Counted from the first letter of the stretch, positions 26,304 through 42,451 are shown. The stretch: 64,000 nucleotides of DNA from Octopus vulgaris (GCA_951406725.2 OX597816.1:74214001-74278000); one strand, 5' to 3'. Numbers and translations are program-made. Notes: generated from the letters alone by a model not told the origin.

Positions 26304-28134
26304 ATACATATACACACGTGCATAGAGTATATAAATGTATGCATTTTAATTTGTGTATGTGTGCGCCTGTGTACACGTGTCTGTGCGCGTACGTATGTGT
26401 GTGTGTGTGTGTGCATACATTTGTGGGTGTGTATAAGCTCGACCGTCGTTCTAACAGTTCTACAAATTCGCTGCCTTAAAATGTTTCCATCATTTCTTCA
26501 TTCGATAAGCGTGTAAAGTGGTTGGGTATTCCACATGCGTGTTACATATAAACCTCGAGTAGAATCATCATGCCACAATGTGCATCAAGGCTGGATCACT
26601 TATACAATTCGTATAATGGGCTTCCTCACAGTTTCCCTCGGCCCAATTTCACTCTCCACCTTTGCGTCGACTTAAGATTATGATAAATGGCATTTTCTCA
26701 ACAAACCATGTCACATAATAGGATCGAAACCGATGCCTAGTGATTGTAAGTCGGACTTCTTAAGTATTTGGCCGTTATGATTTCAAATCCTGTCTAGCTA
26801 TCCGTTGCCTTTCCTCATTTCAGGGTCGATAAAAAAAAAGTACCTGTCTAAGATGATAGGTCGGCAGAACCGCTACAGCTTCCAGCAAAATATTTTGTAG
26901 TCTTAAATATTTGTTCTGATTCTTTAAGTTGTGACGGCAAAGCCTTTCAGCGATGCTGATCCCGTGTTTTATTTTCTCAAATCTCCCACATTGACACATG
27001 ACATTATGTTGTTAAATAGACAGTATTGGCTTGTTTACTGGGGACAACTTCTGGGTGAAAACGAAAGTACCAGCGGAATCGATGCACCAAATGTTAAAGT
27101 GTACTTCGTTTACAACTTTCGCAATCAATTTGTACTGCAAGCACTACTTGTGGTGCATACGAATGGTGGTATAACTAAAAATGGGCCGGAAAGCTAGAAT
27201 CCTTCCAAGATAAAAACTTATTTCTTCAACCTAGTATTCGACAAATAAGCGAGGCTGGCGTGATCCTCCAGGATCCCCTTTGTATATACACAAATATGTG
27301 TGAGCACCCAAAGGTGCGCGTATGCATACCTAGGCGTAAGATTCGATCCACATACACATATTTAACCACTCTTATATCCAGACGTACAAACAGGTGTGCA
27401 AGTATATACACGTACCTATGAGGAGAACAAAAAAGAAGGAAGTAAGGAGAGAAAAAATTATATTCACTGCATGGGAACGCGAGTATGTACGTATACTATG
27501 ACGTAGACCAACGGTCAGCAGTATCAGCGCCAACTACCCGCTAAGAATTCAACTATTTACTCTTATTTCCCCCCCTCTTTCTTCCCCCTCTCCTTTTCTT
27601 CATTCCTATCAAGCTTATACGACTCCCACTCACACATATTTGACCTCACCCTTCTCTTTCTTCATCACCGTTTCATTTCTTCAAACCTGTTTTTTTTTTT
27701 TTCAATTCTGTTCTTGCGGCTTCACCACTCCTTTCGACTCACATCTACGGTGGGTTACCTTGGGAATCCCAAACGACAATGTAACCAGCCTGATGATTAG
27801 CGAAGTTGGGCGACCCCTCCCCTTCGTTGAGTAAATATTAGATCAGATGATCAGCTAAGAAACATGTGTAGCCTGAATTTTACTCGTTCCACTCCTTCAA
27901 TTTGTACTTTTATTCGCATTCGTAGTAACTCTAATTTTTATCCGTGAGCTATACAGAAACTTTCAGCTTATCGAATTTCCTCGTAACTGCGATATGGAAC
28001 CTTCGACGCCAATAAATTGTTATTGTTCCTGATCGTGCACTGTCCACATTTTGTTTTCTATACCTGCCAATGACTACTTGAAACTTACAAACTTCCTACA
28101 CTTGGATCCCTGGATATATGGATATATATATATT

Positions 28135-28395
28135 TCCGACCAGATCATCAGATGTTGCTACACATCGCTGGTCACAATGCGTTCGTATTGTTTTAGCCTT
28201 CGAACGACGCCACCCCGCTGGCTAAGCGAGCAGGCCAACAGAAGAAAGAGTGGTGAAAGAGTACAGCAGGGATCACCACGCCCTGCCGGAGCCTCGTGGA
28301 GCTTTTAGGTGTTTTCGGTCAATAAACACACACAACGCCCAGTCTGGGAATCGAAACCGCGATCCTCCGACCGCGAGTCCGCTGCCCTAACCACT
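28135..28395 (-). mobile_element. tRNA-derived SINE
   Basis: Reverse complement starts agtggttagggcagcggactcgcg...ggtttcgattccc (A and B boxes). Confidence 0.75.
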
Positions 28396-28403
28396 TATAT
28401 ATG

Positions 28404-28530
<127 letters not shown>

Positions 28531-28654
28531 GTTATATATATATATGTATATATATATATATGTATATATATATGTATATATATATATGTATATATATATA
28601 TGTATATATATATATGTATATATATATATGTATATATATATATGTATATATATA

Positions 28655-29717
<1,063 letters not shown>

Positions 29718-29901
29718 TATATAATTAGGGCTTAGTAAAATAAATTACTTTGCCACATACTGAACCGTATTTTAGTAATTTATTTTACTAAGCCCTAATT
29801 ATATAATGTAATATTTTGAATTCGCCTTAAATGGTCCTTTTACATACTGAACACTACTTGGTGAAATTGATTAATAACTAATTAATTTTACCCTCAATTG
29901 T

Positions 29902-29957
<56 letters not shown>

Positions 29958-30050
29958 ACAATTGAGGGTAAAATTAATTAGTTATTAATCAATTTCACCA
30001 AGTAGTGTTCAGTATGTAAAAGGACCATTTAAGGCGAATTCAAAATATTA
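29718..30050. repeat. AT-rich fold-back element plus inverted duplication across a TA tract
   Basis: gggcttagtaaaataaattact / agtaatttattttactaagccc; 29809-29905 is mirrored at 29954-30050; same family at 49419-49670. Confidence 0.85.
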
Positions 30051-30051
30051 T

Positions 30052-30356
30052 GGAGGCGCATGGCTCAGTGGGTAGAGCGTCGAGCTTACGATCGTGAGGT
30101 TGTGAGCTCGAATCCCGGACCGGGCTGCGTGTTGTGTTCTTGAGCAAGACACTTTATTTCAGGTTGCTCCAGTTCACTCAGCTGTAGAAATGAGTTGCGA
30201 CGTCACTGGTGCCAAGCTGTATCGACCTTTGTCTTTCCCTTGGATAACACTGGTGGCGTGGAGAGGGGAGGCCGGTATGCATGGGCGACTACTGGTCTTC
30301 CATAAAACAACCTTGCCCAGACTTGTGCCTCAGAGGGTAACTCTCTAGGTGCAAAC

Positions 30357-30360
<4 letters not shown>
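30052..30360 (+). mobile_element. tRNA-derived SINE, truncated by (TA)n
   Basis: ggaggcgcatggctcagtgggtagagcg...ctcgaatccc; colinear with 135-470. Confidence 0.85.
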
Positions 30361-30442
<82 letters not shown>

Positions 30443-30445
<3 letters not shown>

Positions 30446-30800
30446 CGCAGGAGTGGCTGTGTGGTAAATAGGTTGCTAACCAACCACATGGTTCTGGGTT
30501 CAGTCCCACTGCGTGGCATCTTGGACAAGTGTCTTCTGCTATGGCCCCAGGCCGACCAATGTCTTGTGAGTGGATTTGGTAGACGGAAACTGAAAGAAGC
30601 CTGTCGTATATATGTGTGTTTGTGTGTCTGTGTTTGTCCCCCTAGCATTGCTTGACAACCGATGCTGGTGTGTTTACGTCCCCGTAACTTAGCGGTACTG
30701 GGCTTACAAAGAATAAGTCCCGGGGTCGATTTGCTCGACTAAAGGCGGTGCTCCAGCATGGCCGCAGTCAAATGACTGAAACAAGTAAAAGAGTAAAAGA
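30443..30800 (+). mobile_element. tRNA-derived SINE
   Basis: ggcgcaggagtggctgtgtggtaa...ggttcagtccc; other copies at 14795-14930, 48015-48418, 50345-50755 and 62055-62218. Confidence 0.85.
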
Positions 30801-31574
30801 TATATGTATGTATGTATGTATGTATTCATGTTGTGTGTGTGTCTGTGTCTGTATTCGACGGTCCTTCGCATAGTTTCCGTCTACCGTATTTAGTGACAAG
30901 GCTTTGGTCGACCCGGAGCTATAGTAGCAGACATTTACCCAAGGTGGCAGGCAGTGGGACTGAACACGGAACCACGTGGTTACTAAGCAAGCTTTTTAAC
31001 CACTCGGCTATACCAGTGCTTATACATATAAAATAATTATGCGTCACAGGCTAGAGATATTTGTAATACATATAATATAACTTAGCTTTCTTCACTCGAA
31101 ATTTGTATGAATTCCATACAAAAGCCGGAAATTAAACAAAGCATTTTGATATGAAAGACTCTATAAGTCCTACTTTAAGGCTAAGAGAGTATTCCTGTGC
31201 ATTGAAACATGAGGATTCACCAACGAAAGATCTTATCTGTATCATTAGATCTCATTTGTGTTCTAAAAAATAGCTTTATTTCCGTGTTTTATGAGAAAAT
31301 AGCTTAACTCACCCGTTGTTTTATATTTATCTTCTTTAGTTTCACACACCATTGATAGAATATCTTTTTTATCTTGTATCTTTTACATGTTTCAGTCATT
31401 AGATTGCGGCCACGCTGGGGCACCGCCTTGAATTTTAAGTCGAATAAATCGATCCCAGTACTTATGTTTTGAGCCTGGTCTCTTTTGCTAAACCGCTAGC
31501 TTACGTCAACACACTAAAACTGGTCGTCAATCGGGGTGGGGATAAGATATACAAACACACAATTTTGTGTGTGT

Positions 31575-31666
<92 letters not shown>

Positions 31667-31669
<3 letters not shown>

Positions 31670-32923
31670 ATATAATAAAACAGAGTTTGTTTGTGTGTCT
31701 GTATGTTCTTTATGGATTCGAAAACTGATATGCCGATTTTCACGTATGAGGTGCCAAAAGATTCAGTAATCTTACGGCTACCAAATAAACTGTTTTTTGC
31801 ACAACAACTCTATTTTACAAGAATAACCTCGGAAATGATGTCGGGTCGCAAAGTTTTGAGGTCTTTAGCTAAGGGAGGCAAATCTGCCTGAACAATCTTA
31901 AAATACATCGATTCTTACCCGAGAATTAAACTTCGAAGATATACCATCAACTTTATTAGTATTATTAGTAGATAATCTTTTAATGTGAAGTATGTTTGTC
32001 TGCGTTTTGTTTAGCCCAGAGTTACCTCTGATGTAGCAGACCCATCGGATAGTTTCTTTTTCTCCCTGAAATACTGTATCTTTTGATGAAAGGGTGCTTT
32101 AAGAGAAATTTGGCTGCTATTTGTAGTAGCTCAAGTTACCACAGAGACACCAGTGTGCGTCCGTGTGTGTGTACGTGCGTGTTTTGTTGTGGTGAAAAAA
32201 TACTTTTGCTCAAAACATTTTGCACAATAATTCTTAAAGAAATCTGGACATCTTTCTTACTGCTAACCATTCAACTTCAAATTACAATTGTTAATTGTTG
32301 GAAGTCAAGTAGACTGAGATGTACATATAGTGTTATCATATAGAGTGGAAGTTCAATACGAAGTTTTGAACTCATTATCTTGTGGTTAATAACCCATTAT
32401 CTTAAATTTGAAGCAATCAAATCTTCAAACATTATTTTACTGGATTTAATCTTTCTACTGATGGAGTATCACCTTCAAAAATTTAATTGATCGTAATGAC
32501 CTCACTACGTATTTCAATCTGGCATTTATTTTATAGATCTCTGCTTGATGAACTGCTAACTTTGAGACATAGTGGGACACAATACTCGATTTAACAACAA
32601 ATGTAAACACACACATATGTGCAAGAATGACTGTGTGGTTGAGAAGTTTGCTCCCCAACCACGTGGTTTTACGTTCAATCCCTCTGCATGGTACCTTGGG
32701 CAAGTGTTTTCTACTATAGCCCTAGGCCAATTACAGGCTTGTGACTGAATTTGGTAGACGGAAACTGCAGCATTGTTCCTCAAAAGATTACCGAAAAACA
32801 TGTTTATAAAGAGTTGTTTGCTTCATACCCCTTGTATACCGATTCTGTCTGTAAGAAAGGAACAAATAATACAATGTCGCTGTAGATCATAACACTCGGG
32901 CAACGCCGGGATGCATTGCTAGT
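31667..32923 (+). mobile_element. Probable non-autonomous Helitron with nested repeats
   Basis: 5' cttatataataaaa plus gt microsatellite; 3' hairpin ctcgggcaacgccggg followed by CTAG-T. Confidence 0.55.
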
Positions 32924-34933
32924 ATGCGTGTGTGTGTGTGTGTGTGTGTGTGGTTTGTATGTACGTATGTATGTATGTATATATGTATGTATTTATGTAT
33001 GTGTATATGTATATATAGAATATATAATGAGTTTTTATCGACTAACTTAAAGTAATAGATATGTACTGTAAGTGCTCAATTGGGTTTAACCACTAAAACT
33101 CGAGTTTGAACTGCAGTTGAAAGTGTGGAGTTGAGACTGTATATCAGAGGCGGCTAGAAGTGGTTTTCCCTTGAGTAGGTAGATATAGATTAATGTAAAA
33201 ACGAAAATTCAAAATGTTTGGCAACGCTTGAAAAAAATATTTAATTCAGTTAAAGAATATAAACATACAGAGTCCCTTACAGCTGTTTCTATCATAGCCA
33301 AGCATGTGGAACATCGTATTGGGTAAGGATTCCATAAGTTGAATAATCTGAGTATTCCGTCATCAGAGAGGGAGGAGTCAGAGAGATGCAAATAAGAGGG
33401 AATATCCCCAACCGAAGATATTAGTATACTCCAGTTTGTTAGAAGGATCAGAGTAAAATAGGTGGTTCCATGGTCGAATAAATAATACATTTATGGGTAA
33501 TGTCTGTTAGCAGTTTCAAATGAGAATCATTATCATCATCATCATCATCATCATCATCATTTAATGTTCGTTGTCCTGCTGCCATGGGTTGGACTGTTTG
33601 ATCAGGGCTGGCAAGCTGGAAGGCTGCACCAGGCACAAGTCTGTTTTGGTAGGGCTTCTACGACTGGATGCCCTTCCCAACGCCAACCATTCCGTGTAAA
33701 TGGTGTTTTTACGTACTACCGGCACGGGTGCCAGTTACGTGACACCAGTATCTGTCTAAGCACGACATAATGCCAAAGGTCTCGATCATCTGTTATTGCC
33801 TCCGTGAGGCCCAACGCTCGAAAAGAGCTTTTTATGTGCCCCCGGCACAGGTGCCAGTTACGCGACAGCGGCAATGGTCACATTGCCTCCGTGAGACCCA
33901 ACACTCAAGAATGGCAAGGAATTGTGGAAGTTACCTGTTCCAATTTTGAAAAGAGAATGAATGGGGATTGAATAGGAATATTATACTACAAGTGCGGAGA
34001 GAAGACGGACAGGTAGATTGTATGTTTATATTCCTATCTAAATTAAATGTTTTTACACTAATCTATATCACACACACACACACACACTAGCTGAATATCC
34101 CGTCGTCACCGAGTAATTTTCACAATAGAATGCCTTGGCGTACTTTTCGAATAAGTTGGTTTTTCTCTGTTTTGACGGGGATCTTTCAAATTTTTTTCCC
34201 ACTACACCCTTGTAAATGATGGTGGGGGAAAGCTTTTTATGAAAAGAATTCTTGAAAATTTATGAATTCCCCCTTTCCTCACTCCCTTCATGTCTGATTT
34301 TGTCCATTTTTTTTTACATTACGCACTCAAAAACAATGGTAGATGCCTTTTCTGTAAAGAAGAAAAAAAATTTGGAAAATTTATGAATTCGTTCAACCTC
34401 CTCCCAGACTCGGTACCGACTGTAGCCAGTTTATTTTCGTATTTTGTACTTAAAAACGACTAGAGAAGACTTGAAGGTTAAAAATAGTTTTGGGAAATTG
34501 GAGATCACTATTACAATCTCCATTTCCTTTATTTTCAAACTAAAAATGAAACGTAATTTAAAAACAATAATGAAATCATTTTGGAGTTTTTTTCATTAAT
34601 CCCGTCCCTAAATAAATCCGAAAATTTCGGCTTTTTTCGAAATTGTTTTAAAAGTACAAACAGTCCGATCAGCAATTCGTTTCTGTGTCTAATTTCAAAA
34701 TACTTTTCAGACGGAAAGGTGTGTGATTTGAGGGAGATTTTGCTGTTGTTTCCAGCACATCCCACGACCACCTGGCACCTTCCTCGTTTCTTTGTCACAT
34801 TGACATGTATTGAAGTTTTTCAATATTTTTCTCCCCCATAAACATATTTTATGTAATGATGGTCCGTTGATGGGATCTAAGCAACAACAAAAAGTTTGCA
34901 GTTTAAATGTTTAGCCCTCACCCTACATCAAGC

Positions 34934-34977
<44 letters not shown>

Positions 34978-35193
34978 AAAACCATATTTACTAACAGAAA
35001 AGTATGCTATTAAACTAAATTATCTTTGACATATCTTTTTTTGAATCACTCTACCACCCTAATGAAATTCTTTGCACACATGCATACACACATACTGACA
35101 AACACACGCACACACTCAGTATGAGCGAAACACTTTTATAGAGAGTGTGAGAAACATCAAATGTTAGGGTTTACATATAATGAAATGAGAATA

Positions 35194-35225
<32 letters not shown>

Positions 35226-36639
35226 AATCTGTAGAAAGTATACACAGTATACAATAAGACAAAGAAGGGCAGCATACATATATACTATACAATAATAAAA
35301 ATAGGAAGGGGTGATAGTGATGTGGCCCTCCTGACACAGGAGGAAATAACGATAACGATGATGATGATGATGATTTTGGTACAGAGCCACTAGTTTTTGA
35401 GGGGTAGAAGAAGTCGATTCCATCGATTGCAGTACTTGATTGATACTGTTTCATCAACCATGGTAAGATGAAAGGCAAAGCTGACCTCGGTAAGATTTGG
35501 ACTAAGAGCGTTAAGGAGCTTGAAGAAATCTAGTTAAGCATTTTGTCTTATAAAACTATAAAACTAATGGTGTTGAACTGTAAACGTTATGCGTCACCAA
35601 ACTAGCTAGAAACTATTTCGAGACATTTATATATCTGAATAAATATTAATTTTAGCAAAACCTGAATCATGTTTCTGCGAACGATTTAGCATTGTACATA
35701 TGTCCAGCTAGTCGCGTCATGAGGCGGAAGTGAATAATTTATGCGGATTTAATATGTAAGCGGAAGTCAAGTTATAATGTATTAAAATTTGATGAAACTT
35801 CATAGGTACTCGATTCACCTATATTCTTTGGCAGTTGATTCGCTAGAACGCATCAACAAACACTGCAATAACTATTTTTAAAGCTGTAAATACAAATAGT
35901 CTTCAAAATATATTACGGAAATAGATTCTGAAAGGAAAAGCTATGATAAACCATGAATTAACGAAAGCGGAGTTTTGTAGCTAAAACATTAAATCTGCAA
36001 AACACAATTAATTGTCCTACAATTTCATCTTATATAATGTTCTTTCTGAATTGTTGACCTCCTTGTTCTTTGATTCAAGAATTTCTTCCCTATTACAACG
36101 ACATTCTGTGGATTTAAAGACTGCATCATGTATATTCCCAGCCCTAAGACCCACAAGAGAAAGTGCTGCCGAAAAGTTCCCTGGTCTTCCCTCTCGCCAT
36201 TCTCTCTCAACGTAAAAAAAGCCCTTCCCATGCATGTTTTTACCTGCATTGGGAAGGGCTTTTTTTTTTTAGATTAGTAGATAAGCATTTTATACAAGGT
36301 CATAGTTAGAGGAAAATATTCAAAGGACATGATTTAAGAGCCTTGTATATCTGTGCGCTTTGTATGAAAAACGTATCAGTGAGTACCCTAAGGCCTCGGG
36401 CAAACGTAAGACACTCGTGTAAAGTTTACAGTGACAATTCAGTAAATGGCCAATGCAGTGCAGAAGACGTGAACAACGAAGCAGAAGTGGTGTTGTCTAA
36501 CAACAATGATACACATAAAAAAGTAACGGTGCAACTGAGAGATCCTTTAAGACAAGACTAAATAATCACGTCTCCTCTTTTAGAATCAAAATGAGGTGCA
36601 ATGTTACAACGTTAGCCAGTTATATATAAATCAACTGAA

Positions 36640-37570
36640 AATTGCTAGAACGATCTGGACAACGCATTGTAAAATTTGTTTGGTGAAAAAGAGAATCGTT
36701 GTAAGAATATTTACACCATCCGGGTGCTTTCCTGCACTCAAAAAGCAAAATATTTGGATGTTGTACTCATGAGCAAAAATTTGTACGACGTCCACAGATG
36801 GCTGCAGGTTGTTTACTGAGATTATACCTTTGACAAAAGCAAAGGTACACAAATGGATGAAGAAGTTTAAAGGGGAAACCAACACTGAAGACAAACTATG
36901 CAGTGGGAGCCCATCAACTACAACCACTGACACGAATCTCCAATGAATGGACGAATTGATTTGTGCAGACAGACGACTCACAATCTGTGAGTTTCTGGCA
37001 TAACTGAGCTGTGGTCAGAATGAATTGATGAAGATGATGGAAGATTTTGGGTATAAAAAAAAGTGTGTAAAGTGGGTTCCTTGGTAGTCGACACCCAGTT
37101 TGAAGAACAAAAGCATAGAAAACTGTTTTGATCTGCTGGAAACGTATGAACCTAATGAACATTTTTTTCTTATCTTGTAGCAGAAACTTTATGATCTGGG
37201 AGCGAAAGGTCACTTTAAGAAAAGCCATCATACCTCTTCTCTAAGGTTTAAAATGTTCAAAAGCTCACGAATGGCGCAAAAAATCAAGAGGACTGTTTCA
37301 AGGGTGATAACGGTGTCATTTTCCTTGGTTTTCTGGATGTACCGCGACCAGTGGCAGCTACATATAAATATTAAAAATGCTTAGAGTGGAAGAGACTGAA
37401 AAAGAATATAGAAACGATCCATAGTCACCAAAACAGTCCATGACCATTTTGCAAACAAGGCTGACCAACGGTCCTCCAGCCACTGTACAGCCCAAATCTG
37501 ACGCCCACCAATTTGTACCTGTTTGGTTCAATGAAAGACAGTCTTGAGGGGGATCAACGATTTGACACTG
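36640..37570 (+). pseudogene. Mariner transposase relic
   Basis: KVHKWMKKFKGETNTEDKLCSGSP; LYSPNLTPTNLYLFGSMKDSLEG (decayed YSPDLAP motif). Confidence 0.8.
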
Positions 37571-38079
37571 TCACGTTCCGTGCCACATAAAAGCACACGT
37601 GTTGGTGCCACATACAAAGCATTCAGTACAATCTGTGAAGTGGTTGGCGTTAGGAAGAGCATCCAGCAGTAGAAATTATGCCAAAACAATGGAACTTGGT
37701 GCGGCTCTTGGCCGTATCAGCTCCTGCAAAACGGTCTAACCCATGCCAGCATGGAAAACGGATGTTAAATGATGATGATGAGGAGGATGATATGAAGACG
37801 TGCACATCCCTTCATATGTCATTGAGCGTCCCACAACCCGAAGTTATCTCATCTCTCAAACTGCTGCCGGTCTTTTGGGATTCTTGACAAAAGAATCCCT
37901 TCTGACTTTTCCTCCTTCGACGATTCCATAAGACACCCCTGTCACTCACTTTCTACCCAACTCCACTCTACACACCGTAAATCCCCCTCTAGAAATACCC
38001 TTTTCCACGCTATTAGATTCATCACCATGTACACGTTTAGTTAGTAATCAAAAGTTCGTCCGTAGTTGTCGACGATGGT

Positions 38080-38490
38080 CATGGACATTACATGGAAGAT
38101 GGAGACGGATCATAGTGCGGTCAATCAGTCCGATGTGTGCTCAGAAGGCTCTGTCGCAGGTCGGACACTAGTGGTCAGTTGGGACTGAAGACAAGGAATT
38201 ATCTCTGGACTTGCGCAGTTCGCGTTTTCTTTATGCCTCGTAATCCTGTTCTATACATGGGAGAGGACACCTCTGTTGGTGCAGCTTCGCCAGGCAGTGA
38301 GGTTTTGTGTTTGCATTTCCCAGGTGTCAGGGTTGATTTCAGAGCTCTTCAGCGAGGCTTTGAGTGTATTCTTGAATTTTTTTTCAGTCCACCTTGCATG
38401 CACTTGCCTTTTACCATTTCACTGTAAAACAGCCCCTTGGGGAATCTCGTGTCAGGCATTCGAACAGAGTAGCCTTCCCACCTGATTTAC
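38080..38490 (-). pseudogene. RTE-clade LINE 3' fragment
   Basis: RMPDTRFPKGLFYSEMVKGK and KKFKNTLKASLKSSEINPDTWE...AWRS. Confidence 0.75.
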
Positions 38491-39516
38491 ATTGTCCTCA
38501 GCTGTGTGCAAATGCACCGGACACGTTTACACCAAGAGAGAAAGTACTTCCAATCGCTTAAAACAAGCAAATCCAGCGTCCCTGAACAATTTCTTTTTCA
38601 TTATCATTAAACAATGTAAAAAACACTCTTCAATCTCTCTTTCTTTCTCTCTTCCACCTTTCTCTCTCCCTCTCTTTCTCTTCCCTCCTTCTCTCTCACT
38701 ATTCTTTACAAAAAAAGCAAATTCGTTCGGAAGACAATAATATATTTGCAATGATTCCACCATTCATACTCACTCACTGATTATCTCTTTATCCAGTCAG
38801 ATTTAACTCACATTCCCTGTTTAACAGTGTAAAAAGATCACACTTATCACACAGTCAACCCTGCTTTCGCATTCACCGACCGGCCGTCTATTTTCACTTA
38901 TTATTTATTTCAACTCTTTACTCACATTCTTTATTCAAATATCACTTCACTTCGATCACCACTTCGTGGACATCTGTTACCAGCTGCCTTCCCAGTTTTC
39001 CAGTCAACCAGCCAGCCAGCCAACGTACCAACCTCCCACACTACCAATCTACCAATTTACCAATAATACAACAGCAACAGATGGTTCAAAACACCTCATT
39101 AATAAAAACGTTATTTAAAACGCAATGTTTACTAAAAATTTATTTTGTCATTAAAATTGGAATAGTTTTGTGTTCCTTAATTAACTGAGATAAGCTTTTT
39201 AAAAAATCAATATTTATCATATTATTATTACACATTATTGAGGTTTCTAACTGGCAGAATCGTCAGCACACCACGCCGGGCAAAATGCTTAGTGACATTT
39301 CGTCCGTCTATCGTTCTGAGTTCAAATTCCGCTGAGGTCAACTTTGCCTTTCATCCCTTCCGGTGTCGATTTAAAGAAAAAAGTACCAGTTGGCACTGGG
39401 GTCAATGTAATCGACTATTCACCGGCACTACCTCCTCCGATTTTCAAGCCTTGTGCCTATAACGGAAAGAAGTCTTATAATACATTATTAATTTTTTAAA
39501 AATTGTGTCCATAAAC

Positions 39517-39602
39517 TAGAATGTTACCCGTCTCATGACGGGTAACTTTGACATAAAATTGTGCCCATAAACTAGAATGTTACCCATCTCATGACGGGTA
39601 AA
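39517..39602 (-). mobile_element. Tandemly duplicated Helitron-like 3' end
   Basis: Two copies of ttacccgtcatgaga(c/t)gggtaa-cattCTAG on the minus strand, 56 bp apart. Confidence 0.55.
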
Positions 39603-42084
39603 TTTGGCAGTATACTTTTACCATCATGAAGAAATATGGTATATACAGTAATACATCACTTTATGAGGACCCGATTTACTAGATCCCGGGTTTACAAGTT
39701 TTATTTTATTATAAATTTTTGAAGCACATGATCCAAATTGTAAACGAAGGCCAAAAGTTTCTGCCACCATAACAAATGCTTCTGCATGTTACCGAGAAAT
39801 TTACAGAGAGCGACTCTAGCCTTGTATATTAAGAAGAAATCTACAAGTCTGTCTATGAGTGCTTGTGGCTTGGCAATCGCGTCTACAAGCGATGGTGTGC
39901 GCGAGTCTAGTGCAAGTGAAAGTGATTCAGAAACAATTATAATTACTCTTTTACTTGTTGCAGTCATTTGACTGCGGCCATGCTGGAGCACCGCCTTTCC
40001 TAGACGAAAATGAAGTGCACGCAGAGACAGTCACAACTGCGTCTTCTGTTGTCAAAGAAATGCCGTCAGTGTTGAAGAGATGGAGTTTTGATTATTTTCG
40101 ATAATGAAGGGCGAACAAAGAAGGAAAAGGACAATATTTATACTCCGTTGTAGACGCAGACTTGGCTGTGTGCTTAAGAAACTCGCTTTGTAACCCTGTA
40201 GTTAAGGGTTCAGTCCCACCTCGGCTAAGTTTTTTTTTTTTTTCACTAAAGTCTCGGAAAAACCAATGCCTTGTGAGTAAATTTAGCAGATGGAAAGTGC
40301 GTGGAAGCCTAGTGTCTGCGCCTGTGTATTTGTGTTTGTCATCCCACCTCTTTGAAAAGCGGTATTGGTTTGTTCATGTCCCCGTAACTTGGCGTTTTGA
40401 CAAAAGAGAATAATTGAATAAGTACCAGACTTTAAAAAAAAGTTTTTGAGTTAAGCTGTTCGACTAAAACCCTTCGGGGTGGTGGCCCAGTATGGCCACA
40501 GTCCTTTGACTGAAACCCTTAAAAGATAAAAGATATTTCACAGTAATACGCTGCTATTACAATATTATACACTATTACACAATAAAATATTGTTACAATA
40601 ACTTTATTATAATAAACAATAACCTAATTATAAATTTTGTAAAGCATGGTTTCATATCGGTTTGAAATGTGCTGTAATCAACTCTTTTTTTTTTAAATTT
40701 GAACCTAAAACAAAAAAATATTTAAAATACAACAAAACAATCAATAAATAACAATATGAATAAATATGGTGACCCTGAATTCAATAGTTTTAGAATAAAT
40801 TCAATCAATAAAATGTGTATGATCAGTTAAAAGACATCTGTTACATCAAGCTGGGTCACCTTTAATATTTCAGCAGACGACATCCCTGACAATCAACCCC
40901 TCTTCCTTCTCCTCTTTCTCTGAGCTTCTTTACTCACCACCACCACTACCACCATCAACCATCCCTTGCTACTTCTCTCTCACACTCTCTCTCTCTCTCT
41001 ACCTCTCTCTCCTACTCACTCACTCACTCTTTCTTTCTGTCTCTATTTCTTTCCCTTCGATTTTCGCTATCATTCCTTTCTCCTCCCACTCCTCTCTATT
41101 CTAGTCTTTCAGTCTACTTCCCCCCCCCCCACCGTTATCTCTTCCCCGCCTCCTCCAACTCTTCTTCATTTGCTATTCTTCCTACTTCTCTCCCTCCCTC
41201 TCCAAATGTACCATATGTGCCATTGTCTTTCAAATTATCTCTTACCACTTTCCTATTGAAATCTTTTTTTAATTTTTTTCCCCTGTCATTTTGTTTGTTT
41301 TCCTCTATCTCAGCTCCGGATCGAACGAAATGTGTTTATTTTTCGAGTATTCCTTTTACATTTAAAGCGACTTTTCAGTACCCCTCCCCACTCTCTCTCT
41401 CTACATATATACACACACGTATGTGTGTGTTTGTGTGTGTGTGTGTCTTTTATATCATGCCGTATAATACTTTTGCCAGCCCATCCTTCCCCAGTAACAC
41501 TGCCATTTCTTTACTTTAGAAAACGTTATCGTGAACTCTCAACCAAGGGAATTCAGCAGGTGTAGGACGGTTTATCTCCACGAACAGACTTAACCTGATG
41601 TCGGTAACGTAATAGTTCACCGTTAAAGAAACCTTTATCAATAGCCGAAAGTCACATTAAAAAAAAAACGAACAAGTAAATAAATACACAAATAAGTAAT
41701 ACAAAAATTAATTAAGCATAATATTTTTACTTGGAATTAATTAATGGGGACGTAAACAAACCAACACTGGATGTCACACAGTGGCGTGGGGGATAAACAC
41801 ATACACACATGTACATGCGTGTGTATCTGTATTTATACATACATGTGTGTGTATATATATTTATTATTATTATCATCATCATCATCATCATCATCATCAT
41901 TATTATTAAAGCTGCAACAACAACACAAGAAACTGCTACTCAGAGGTTCACGTTCTTGTTCATCGGGTAGTTCTTGATCACAACTGTTCGACGAACGGGA
42001 ACGTGAAACTCCGAGTAGCAGTTTTTTGTGATGTTCTTGCAGCTCTGATGATAATAATAAAGCATGTGTTGAAACATATTTTGT

Positions 42085-42350
42085 TGTGTCTGAGGAGAAT
42101 CGTTTTCCTTTAGTGCCTTATTATTTAACACACTCACCGATTTCCACTCATTTACTTAATTATTTTCGTTGCGTCTTGCAACATTTTCAATAGTCGAGCT
42201 CAGATAACGGACAAAGTCAACGACTATTGAAAAGTTTGTAAGACGCAACGAAAATTTTTAGAAAAATTAATAAGTAAATGAGTGGAAACTGAACCGGTGA
42301 GTGTGTTAAATAATAAAGCACTAAAAGAGAATGACTTTCCCCAGACACAA
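42085..42350. repeat. Imperfect inverted repeat element (~110-130-bp arms, 24-bp spacer)
   Basis: ttatttaacacactcaccg...ttttcaatagtcg / cgactattgaaaa...cggtgagtgtgttaaataa. Confidence 0.85.
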
Positions 42351-42359
42351 CACACACAA

Positions 42360-42451
<92 letters not shown>

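Noticed and set aside
30052-30125. tRNA-like sequence (also 135-200, 28340-28395, 43125-43185)
   Set aside because: These are SINE heads that continue into a SINE body and lack a complete cloverleaf.
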